From contig JACQQJ010000054.1 of assembly GCA_016207035.1 (NCBI GenBank), positions 1 to 38,017 of the forward strand: a stretch of 38,017 nucleotides of DNA, read 5' to 3'. This DNA is from Nitrospinota bacterium. GTDB taxonomy: Bacteria; Nitrospinota; Nitrospinia; UBA9942. Position numbers and translations under genes: made by a program. Shown one piece after another: positions 26,875 to 34,202 of this stretch. Every line of letters begins with the position of its first letter. Positions within the stretch are counted from its first letter, which is position 1. The notes beneath the pieces are model-generated. The model was not told the DNA's origin. It worked only from the letters and a program-made list of their open reading frames with translations, and ran no database searches.

Positions 26875-26923
26875 TTTGCTGAGATACTATTTTAGTATTG
26901 ACTTCAGGACTTAAACAGACCCT

Positions 26924-28372
26924 ATGATTTATGATTGTATAATAGTTGGTGCAGGACCTGGGGGAAGCAGTGCTGCTACATTTTTGGCCCGCCAGGGGAT
27001 ATCAACCCTGCTCCTTGATAAGGAGGTTTTCCCGAGGGATAAGGTATGCGGAGATGGGCTGGCACCACAGTCACTCTACTGGATTGATGAGCTGGGGTGT
27101 ATAGATGAGGTCCTGGATCAGACAGATTCATGTATCACCACCGGTGACATCTTTATAAACGGTGAGCATCTATCCACGGGAAGATTTCCTCAGGATGCCC
27201 AATACCCGGGTTTCTGTACCCTCCTTGAAAGGAAGAGGCTTGATTTTATCCTGGCAAAGAATGCAGTAAAAAACGGTGCAGTCTTTAAACCCGGTCATAT
27301 GGTAAAGGAGATAGACCTGACAGGTAAATATATAGTGGCGCGTGCAGAATCCGATGGAAAGATGGCTGAATTTCAGGGGATGCTTCTCATCGGGGCAGAC
27401 GGCGTAAATTCTGTAGTTGCCCGTTCTATTGGTAATATATTGAAGGAAGGTACATCTGCTGTATCCGTAAGGGGATACTATGAGGGGGTTGATACAGGCA
27501 GATCGCAGATACAGATCTATTTCAACGAACGGTTCTTCCCGGGCTATGGATGGGTATTTACAGACGATAGTGGAAAGGCAAATATTGGTATTGGCTATGC
27601 CATCGACCGAAACTTTCCGAAGAAGCGAAATCTCCAGCATGTCTTCGATGAGTTCCTCGGGAAAGATCTGAAGGGGCTGTTAAAAAATGCAAGACCGGAT
27701 GGCCCTACGGCAGGCTGGTGGGCGTCTTTTTTCCGTCCAAAATCAATGGTTGCTGAGAGGATCATGCTTATAGGGGATGCGGCGAATGTCGCAGATCCAA
27801 TCAACGGCGGGGGGATACATAAGGCTATGGAAAGTGCATTTATATCATCACAGGTTGCTGCCTATGCACTTTCATCAGGAGATTTTTCTGTAGAGACCCT
27901 GCGTACATATGAAATGCTCTGGAAAGAACATGCCGGATTTGACTGGCGTATCGGCGAGTTCCTGCTTACGATTGCAAAGAACCCTGACCTGCGGGAGCTT
28001 TACCTTTTTCTTTTGAAGAATATCGCCAATCTGACAAAGGGGAATGTGCATTTACAGGAATTCTGCAGCGGTGTTTTTCTTGGCATGATACCACTCAAAG
28101 ATGCCATATCCCCTATTGCACTGTTGAATGCCATCCCGCTTAAGCCCTGTGATTGGGTTTCAATGCTCTATTCGTCCGGAAGAGGGGGTTCTCTTGGTCT
28201 TTATGATGCCTTCTCAGCAGGGGCAAATATAGTAAAAATGGCAGGCAGGATTGCTGTTAATCCGCTCAGTCATCTCAATTGGGGGGCGGAAGTCCTCAAA
28301 AAGTCTATCGGTCTTGCAGGAAATTATATGGATGCTCTGACTTACCAGGGTGTCATAGGATGCATACAATAA
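26924..28372 (+). CDS. Geranylgeranyl reductase family FAD-dependent oxidoreductase (paralogue 2)
   Basis: GAGPGGS, FPRDKVCGDGL, GADGVNS, PGYGWVF, GDAANVADPINGGGIHKAMES; co-linear with paralogue 1. Confidence 0.88.
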   Translation: MIYDCIIVGAGPGGSSAATFLARQGISTLLLDKEVFPRDKVCGDGLAPQSLYWIDELGCIDEVLDQTDSCITTGDIFINGEHLSTGRFPQDAQYPGFCTLLERKRLDFILAKNAVKNGAVFKPGHMVKEIDLTGKYIVARAESDGKMAEFQGMLLIGADGVNSVVARSIGNILKEGTSAVSVRGYYEGVDTGRSQIQIYFNERFFPGYGWVFTDDSGKANIGIGYAIDRNFPKKRNLQHVFDEFLGKDLKGLLKNARPDGPTAGWWASFFRPKSMVAERIMLIGDAANVADPINGGGIHKAMESAFISSQVAAYALSSGDFSVETLRTYEMLWKEHAGFDWRIGEFLLTIAKNPDLRELYLFLLKNIANLTKGNVHLQEFCSGVFLGMIPLKDAISPIALLNAIPLKPCDWVSMLYSSGRGGSLGLYDAFSAGANIVKMAGRIAVNPLSHLNWGAEVLKKSIGLAGNYMDALTYQGVIGCIQ

Positions 28373-28399
28373 TTTTCATGTGCATCAAAGGAGGGGAAC

Positions 28400-28579
28400 A
28401 TGGCAATAAAAATTTTAGGGCCGATCAATGAAATTATCAACAAAACTGCCACCGCAATGATAGACAACAAGATTACAGAAGATACGGCAAAGGTATTAAA
28501 TACCCTGATTACTGCCAGTTTTGATGCGGTAAACGAGACCTTAAAAAAGGTTCAGGATATTACAAAATCTGAACCATAG
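28400..28579 (+). CDS. Small amphipathic helical protein (59 aa; not in ORF track)
   Basis: MAIKILGPINEIINKTATAMIDNKITEDTAKVLNTLITASFDAVNETLKKVQDITKSEP; strong AAAGGAGG SD. Confidence 0.8.
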   Translation: MAIKILGPINEIINKTATAMIDNKITEDTAKVLNTLITASFDAVNETLKKVQDITKSEP

Positions 28580-28655
28580 GTGTAAGGCAAATCTGAGTTG
28601 CAGTAATCTTGAGTTCTGTGTAATCAATTTAATGTATAGAAAGGAGGGGCTGAAT

Positions 28656-29105
28656 ATGTATCATGTATGCTGTAACAGGCAGAAGCCGGTTTTCGTGTAT
28701 TATCCCTATTACGGCTGGCCAGGATATCCGCCATATTATATGCCTGCGTGTTGTCCGGTCTGTTCTATGCCGTACTATCAATGCACATGCAAGGGTGAAA
28801 AAACAATGATGCTGCCCGAGGAACTAACTGTTGATACGAGTTCTCCAAAGGAGGCATTTATAGGTGGTAATGAAGATGTGAATCTTACCCTAGAATATAT
28901 GTCAGATGGGGGAACCCCGGCAAGCCGTAGTGTTAAATTGACAATAACAGGAACCGGCGGGACTACAGTTTGGGAGGAGACGAATATCACCGACGGCTAT
29001 CATGTAAAGAACGATTTTGCATCTATTCCACCGGGCTCAATGGTCAAGATTGAGGTTAAGAACTGCAAAGCCCGTTTGAGGTGGTGTGAGTCAGTCTGTT
29101 GTTAA
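28656..29105 (+). CDS. Tyr/Pro/Cys-rich hypothetical protein (paralogue A of 'RWCE' pair)
   Basis: Start reassigned to ATG 28656 (AAGGAGG SD); YYPYYGWPGYPPYY...CCPVCSMPYYQCTC; ends RLRWCESVCC. Confidence 0.78.
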   Translation: MYHVCCNRQKPVFVYYPYYGWPGYPPYYMPACCPVCSMPYYQCTCKGEKTMMLPEELTVDTSSPKEAFIGGNEDVNLTLEYMSDGGTPASRSVKLTITGTGGTTVWEETNITDGYHVKNDFASIPPGSMVKIEVKNCKARLRWCESVCC

Positions 29106-29155
29106 TACGATGGAAAAGAATTCCTTAATTGAGAAAATTAAATCGGAGGTCTGCC

Positions 29156-29815
29156 ATGAATGGAAGAATTCATAGAACTGCATCCTTAGGCCCTATAGCC
29201 ACTACTCATAGACAGAGCGGGCAGGTGCTGGGTTTTCCGCACCATCCACCTGTCTATCACGGTAGTTTCTGCACATCATGCTGTCACCCTGTTTCAAAAT
29301 GTTGCTGCAACAGGGAATGCATAAAGGAGACAAAGGAGTTATTGGTAAAACCAGCAAAGAAAAAGACTACTGCAGGGATATTAAATTTGTTAAAAAGCAG
29401 GATGGTATCCTTTTCACCCGCTGAACAGCCGGAAGAGAAAACGGAAGAAAGAGAGGAAAGGGCTGGGTCGATCCTATCTACAAACATTTCAACCTTAACT
29501 ACCAATCTGCAGGCTGGAAGGGTTGCCTGGGGGATGGATGATGCCGTCATCGGTGGCGGGTGTTGTGTTCATCTGTCTATAGAATACATGCAAAATATAG
29601 ATGAAACCTCGCTTATATCAACGAATGTCATTTCTATTGTAATGGCAGATGTGCTGGACACGGAAGGCACTCTCCTTTTATGGAGCAAGTTTAAATTTCC
29701 TTCTGGCTATCACATAAAAGAGGGAATAATTACCACCAATCCTGGCGCTAAACTGACTGTAATTGCATTGAATGCCATCGCGCGTGTCAGATGGTGTGAG
29801 ATCTTTAGTTGTTAA
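29156..29815 (+). CDS. Cys-rich hypothetical protein (paralogue B of 'RWCE' pair)
   Basis: Start reassigned to ATG 29156 (GGAGGT SD); CTSCCHPVSKCCC; AVIGG..VHLSIEYM; GYHIK; ends RVRWCEIFSC. Confidence 0.78.
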   Translation: MNGRIHRTASLGPIATTHRQSGQVLGFPHHPPVYHGSFCTSCCHPVSKCCCNRECIKETKELLVKPAKKKTTAGILNLLKSRMVSFSPAEQPEEKTEEREERAGSILSTNISTLTTNLQAGRVAWGMDDAVIGGGCCVHLSIEYMQNIDETSLISTNVISIVMADVLDTEGTLLLWSKFKFPSGYHIKEGIITTNPGAKLTVIALNAIARVRWCEIFSC

Positions 29816-29850
29816 ATTTTATATAGAACAAATATTCAGGAGGGGATACC

Positions 29851-30360
29851 ATGCCTAAAAAGACCGACAAGAAAAATAGTAAAGGACCTGAGCCTTTTCC
29901 AGAGATGAATAAGGCTAAGGAGGCCTTTAAAGAATATAAAAATCGAATGGCAGCCGATACCAACAAGATGGGGGGTAAGGATGTAAAATTCAAACAGCCT
30001 ATGAGCGGGGAACCAGTAATGCAGCCGTTTATACATATGCCTCAGCCTCAGTTTCAGGGGCAGACAGGTAATATGCCCCACCCATTTCTCTATAATCCGC
30101 ATGCACCTTATATGCAATCTATGGGAAACTTAGAAACGCCTCTATTCAGCAGTTTGGGCAATATGTTAAAGCTCGGTGTGAATCTTATAAATGCAGGCCT
30201 TGCCGGCGGACTCCAGCTTATAGAGGGTTTATCAGGCGGCGCTTACTGCAGTGATTCTCATGCAAGCTGTTCCTCTTGCTGTGAACCTTGCAGTTGCTGC
30301 GAAAACACATCCTGCTGCGAGCCATGTGACTGCTGCAATCCGAGTGTGCATAATTGCTGA
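29851..30360 (+). CDS. Hypothetical protein with amphipathic helix and metallothionein-like Cys-rich tail
   Basis: AGGAGG SD; P/Q/M-rich middle; LGNMLKLGVNLINAGLAGGLQLIEG; 13 Cys in the last 37 residues. Confidence 0.8.
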   Translation: MPKKTDKKNSKGPEPFPEMNKAKEAFKEYKNRMAADTNKMGGKDVKFKQPMSGEPVMQPFIHMPQPQFQGQTGNMPHPFLYNPHAPYMQSMGNLETPLFSSLGNMLKLGVNLINAGLAGGLQLIEGLSGGAYCSDSHASCSSCCEPCSCCENTSCCEPCDCCNPSVHNC

Positions 30361-30383
30361 TGACCATAAATCTTTTATTTAGA

Positions 30384-31445
30384 TTAAATAATCAGCATGG
30401 CGTCGCCATAGCTATAAAATCGATAGCCTTTCTTTATAGCCTCATGGTAAGCATTCAATATCAAATCCCGTCCTGCAAAGGCACATACAAGCATTAAAAG
30501 GGTTGATTTTGGCAGATGAAAGTTAGTTATGAGTGCCTTCATAATTCTAAAATTGAAGCCATTATAGATGAATAGGTTCGTATAACCCTTTATTGCATTG
30601 ACTTTGTCATTATATACATAAGATTCAAGTGCCCTGGCAGTAGTCGTCCCTGCTGCAATTATTCGTTTTCCTGATTTGACTGCACTATGAACCTTTTCAG
30701 CTTCCGATTCTGTTATCTCATAGTATTCAGGGTCAATCTTGTGCTCCTTGATAATTTCTTTTTTTACAGGTTTAAATGTCCCATACCCCACATGGAGTGT
30801 CACCTTAGCAATATCTATCCCCTTTTTTTCTAATTTATCAAGGAGTTCTTCTGTAAAATGAAGGCCTGCAGTTGGTGCAGCTACTGCACCCCTCTTTTCA
30901 GCATAAACTGTCTGGTATCTTTCATAATCGAGTGAGGGAACTATATCTCTTTTTATGTAAGGAGGGAGAGGAACTTTACCATATTTTTCTAATAATTCAT
31001 ACATATCACCATCGCATTTAAATATAGCCTCACTTCCAGATAGTCTGCACTCTAAATCACCCTCACCAAATATAACCTCTAAATTCTCCTTATCTCCTTT
31101 GCATTTTACCATGACCCCCCACCTGCCTCCCCTCAATCCCCTCTTTCTAAAGGAGGGGAAAGGGGTGGTTGATTTTTCATCAGACATCTCCTTTAGTAAA
31201 AAGACCTCTACCATCCCGCCTGTATTTTTTTTTCTGCCAATCAGCCTTGCAGGGAAAACGGATGTGTTATTCAATACCAGAAGGTCAGAGGGGGTAAGAT
31301 AGTCTGTTATATATTTAAAAATTGTATGTTCAACCCTCCCGTCCTTTCTGTCCAGAATCAGGAGCCTTGAGCCATCCCTTTCTCTTGCTGGATATTGGGC
31401 TATTAATCCTCTGGGTAAATAATAATCAAAATCAGAAAGTTTCAT
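30384..31445 (-). CDS. queA: S-adenosylmethionine:tRNA ribosyltransferase-isomerase
   Basis: FDYYLP..LIAQYP, PLPPYIKR, YQTVYA, AVAAPTAGLHFT, TLHVG, TNFHLPKSTL, YRFYSYGDAM. Confidence 0.97.
   Translation of the reverse strand: MKLSDFDYYLPRGLIAQYPARERDGSRLLILDRKDGRVEHTIFKYITDYLTPSDLLVLNNTSVFPARLIGRKKNTGGMVEVFLLKEMSDEKSTTPFPSFRKRGLRGGRWGVMVKCKGDKENLEVIFGEGDLECRLSGSEAIFKCDGDMYELLEKYGKVPLPPYIKRDIVPSLDYERYQTVYAEKRGAVAAPTAGLHFTEELLDKLEKKGIDIAKVTLHVGYGTFKPVKKEIIKEHKIDPEYYEITESEAEKVHSAVKSGKRIIAAGTTTARALESYVYNDKVNAIKGYTNLFIYNGFNFRIMKALITNFHLPKSTLLMLVCAFAGRDLILNAYHEAIKKGYRFYSYGDAMLII
31115..31176. repeat. Palindromic repeat located in frame inside queA
   Basis: cccctcaatcccctctttctaaaggagggga shares its core with 10756-10785; encodes KSTTPFPSFRKRGLRGGRWG. 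Confidence 0.6.
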
Positions 31446-31454
31446 AAAGAGTAA

Positions 31455-31532
31455 CCAGGAATAGAGAAGACAGAATTCAGAAGATAGAAGTTTTTTTATT
31501 CTGAATCCTGACTCCTTACTCCTGAATTCTAT
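31455..31532. repeat. Degenerate heptamer tandem/inverted repeats (STRR-like)
   Basis: cagaattcagaa...attctgaatcctgactccttactcctgaattct in the spoIID-queA gap. Confidence 0.45.
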
Positions 31533-31538
31533 ATTCCT

Positions 31539-32756
31539 TTATTTAATCCTCTTTATCTCAATTCCGGGATAATAATATTTCAGGATATCAATAAAGCTGT
31601 AACCTTTCTCTGCCATCCCCTTTGCACCCCACTGACATAAACCGACGCCATGCCCCGAACCCCTGCCGTAAAATACAAAACTCCCTTCATTTTTTTTAAT
31701 TCTAAAAAGGGTGCTCTTTATCTCATCATAGCCAATAATCTTTCTGAAATTTACTCCACTGATTCTCTCTACACCATTCCTGTGCCTTATCTGGAGTTCC
31801 GATACCCTTTTAGAGGAGGTGAATGAAGTTGGTTCAATGGAGAAAATACCATCCACCTTTATGCCATTCTTTAACAAGGCTATCTCCATATCCACAGCAT
31901 CTATCTCTGTCTCCCAGTGATAATTCGGTGCATCTTTGTCAAATTCACACTTAATACTTTTAAGATAACCTTCCCCTTCACCACCCCATACATCTGCTAC
32001 ATCCTCTGTAATACCTCCGCTGACAGAGTGGTAGAATGCCTTTGCAAATTTACCCCTGTAGGTAAGGACAATCCCTTTTGTATCTTCTATTGCCTTATTG
32101 GTCATTTCATTCTCATTCCTTACTCCGCCATATACCTGATCAGCAGTTGTAGCCTCCATATGATAGAGATTGTTCTTTCTATTCTCTTTCTGATAAAGGG
32201 CATAGGTTCTTGCAACTACTGCCTGTGCCTTTAGAGATTCAGGATGCCATTTTGCGGAGATCTCTTCATTGATAACACCTTTAAGATACTCCTCCACATC
32301 CAGTTCATTTATCACCAGGAGCCCACCTTTATCATCCTTTACAATTTCAATACCCCCCCTGTAAACATTCTTATCAACCCTGATTAAAGAATCCTCCTGC
32401 GACGGTATCTTTACTCTATTACCAAACTCAGTGTTGTTGATAGTTATACCTGGATTTGATACCTTTACATTCAGTTTCATGATGGCCTTTGTAACAAAGG
32501 TGCGTCTGGATGCAATGTCAATAATCCTGGTCCTTTCCATAAGTACCATTTCTATGTTAGGTGATTTTTTTAAAGCAATACGAACAAGGTTCACCTTAAC
32601 ATTGTCGAATCTATGTGCACCTTCTGATACACTTGTAAACAGGAGGAAGAAAAGACAAAAGGCCTGAATGAAAAATATATACCTGGAGGGGTTGCATGCA
32701 AAATCAAAAATAGAAAATAGTTTACACTGAGTTATTTTAGGCTTTATTCGTGCCAT
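31539..32756 (-). CDS. SpoIID/LytB domain peptidoglycan lytic transglycosylase
   Basis: YRGGIEI, INELDVEEYLKGV, LKAQAVVARTYA, DQVYGG, GSGHGVGLCQWGA, ILKYYYPG. Confidence 0.93.
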   Translation of the reverse strand: MARIKPKITQCKLFSIFDFACNPSRYIFFIQAFCLFFLLFTSVSEGAHRFDNVKVNLVRIALKKSPNIEMVLMERTRIIDIASRRTFVTKAIMKLNVKVSNPGITINNTEFGNRVKIPSQEDSLIRVDKNVYRGGIEIVKDDKGGLLVINELDVEEYLKGVINEEISAKWHPESLKAQAVVARTYALYQKENRKNNLYHMEATTADQVYGGVRNENEMTNKAIEDTKGIVLTYRGKFAKAFYHSVSGGITEDVADVWGGEGEGYLKSIKCEFDKDAPNYHWETEIDAVDMEIALLKNGIKVDGIFSIEPTSFTSSKRVSELQIRHRNGVERISGVNFRKIIGYDEIKSTLFRIKKNEGSFVFYGRGSGHGVGLCQWGAKGMAEKGYSFIDILKYYYPGIEIKRIK

Positions 32757-32801
32757 GTATATATTCGTGAGACCCCTATTTCTGTATTTTATACATCAAG
32801 C

Positions 32802-33026
32802 CTACTTTCTGCTAAAAAATGAGAAGATAAGGGTTAGTATAATACTTATAATTATGGATGTGGCAATGGGGAAATAGAAGGTGAAATTCTTTTTCTGTAT
32901 AAAAATATCTCCTGGAAGCCTCCCTATCCATGGAATCTTATCAGCTAATAAGATTGAACCGCCTATGATGATAAGGATTACACCAAAAAAAATGAGCATC
33001 TTTCCTAAGGGATAAAGTTCAAACAT
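32802..33026 (-). CDS. DUF2905 family small membrane protein
   Basis: GRLPGDIFI...FYFPIATSIIIS between two TM helices; typical neighbour of queA/spoIID. Confidence 0.9.
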   Translation of the reverse strand: MFELYPLGKMLIFFGVILIIIGGSILLADKIPWIGRLPGDIFIQKKNFTFYFPIATSIIISIILTLIFSFFSRK

Positions 33027-33064
33027 ATAAAATTAAGCTCAAAGCTCAAGGCCTTTTCGAGCTT

Positions 33065-34027
33065 TCAGCTTCTAACTCCTTGATATGAACCTCTTCTCTC
33101 CATCGCTCCATCAATAGCCATAAGGATATCTGTTTTTTTCAGTGACCAGAGTGGTGCAATGAGCTTCTTCATCGGGGCATCTCCAACCAGCCTCTGAATT
33201 ATTATATCATAGGGCAGAAATTCAAGGAAATCGCATACTAAATTTACATATTCATATTCATCAAGAGTTTTAATTTTCCCATCAAAATAGAGTTCCTCAA
33301 GGGGTGTACCTCTAAGAACTTGAAGTTGATGAAACTTTATTCCCTGTATTCCAAGCCCCCTTACTACCTTTGCAGTTTCCATCATATCAGCAGGTGTCTC
33401 ACCGGGGAATCCAAGAATAACATGGATGCATATACTGAAACCCCTCCCTTTTGCCCTCTTGACGGCATCTAAAAATTGCTCAAAGGTATGCCCCCTGTTA
33501 ATAAGTTTGAGTGTCCTGTTATGAATGGATTGCAGCCCAATTTCAAGCCAGAGGTAGGTTTTTGCACCATATTCCTCAATGAGGTTAAGGGTTTCATCTG
33601 AGAGGCAATCAGGTCTCGTCCCTATAGAAAGACCTACAACTCCATCTATATTCAATGCCTCGTCATAGAGACCCTTAAGGGTATGTAAGGGGCAATAGGT
33701 GTTTGAATATGCCTGAAAGTAGGCAATAAATTTATGAATATTATTTTGACCTCTTATCTTTGAAATTGATGAAATCAGTTGTTCCCTTATCGGAAGTCTT
33801 TTATAGGGATGGGGAAGGTAATTGCTTCCTTCACTGCAATATATACACCCCCCTGTCCCGACCCTCCCATCCCTGTTGGGACAGGTAAATCCTGCATCAA
33901 GGGGGACCTTCCATACCCTCTCTCCAAATACCTCTTTGAGGTGATGGCTGAAATGATGGTATCTCATCATTCCTGCCTTGATATTGCCTCGTATTAAATT
34001 CTCAGGGGTTCTCCTGATTAATTCCAC
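33065..34027 (-). CDS. Radical SAM protein, TIGR01212 (YhcC/YtqA-like)
   Basis: DAGFTCPNRDG..G.GGCIYC, YFQAYSNTY, IGTRPDC, EIGLQS, HVILG, GIKFHQL. Confidence 0.9.
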   Translation of the reverse strand: MELIRRTPENLIRGNIKAGMMRYHHFSHHLKEVFGERVWKVPLDAGFTCPNRDGRVGTGGCIYCSEGSNYLPHPYKRLPIREQLISSISKIRGQNNIHKFIAYFQAYSNTYCPLHTLKGLYDEALNIDGVVGLSIGTRPDCLSDETLNLIEEYGAKTYLWLEIGLQSIHNRTLKLINRGHTFEQFLDAVKRAKGRGFSICIHVILGFPGETPADMMETAKVVRGLGIQGIKFHQLQVLRGTPLEELYFDGKIKTLDEYEYVNLVCDFLEFLPYDIIIQRLVGDAPMKKLIAPLWSLKKTDILMAIDGAMERRGSYQGVRS

Positions 34028-34028
34028 A

Positions 34029-34202
34029 TCACCTATACTCCTCTACCCATGTATTTTCCTTTGGAGGTATTGGCGGGGCTTTCTTACCGCATCCTGTTAC
34101 AATAATAAATAATGAATGGTAAAAAGTAAGGAGGAATAAAAATATTAAACAGCCTTTCCATATCTTGTTTACGACACCTGATACATTTCTCTCTCTATTC
34201 AC
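34029..34202 (-). CDS. Small lipoprotein, LptM/YifL-like (57 aa; not in ORF track)
   Basis: GTG overlapping the argH stop; hydrophobic stretch followed by lipobox VTGC and GKKAPPIPP. Confidence 0.65.
   Translation of the reverse strand: MNRERNVSGVVNKIWKGCLIFLFLLTFYHSLFIIVTGCGKKAPPIPPKENTWVEEYR

Noticed and set aside
20541-30360. Cluster as prophage/tailocin, gas vesicle, BMC or encapsulin locus
   Set aside because: No recognisable terminase, sheath, tube, GvpA, BMC-domain or HK97 motifs by eye; distant homology cannot be excluded without HMM searches
24326-30360. Cys-rich ORFs as lanthi/ranthi/thiopeptide precursors
   Set aside because: No radical SAM/SPASM, YcaO, LanB/C/M, peptidase or exporter in the operon
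31539-32756. spoIID as evidence of sporulation linked to the Cys-rich cluster
   Set aside because: ruvB-DUF2905-spoIID/lytB-queA is a common neighbourhood also in non-sporulating bacteria; it is on the opposite strand from the cluster
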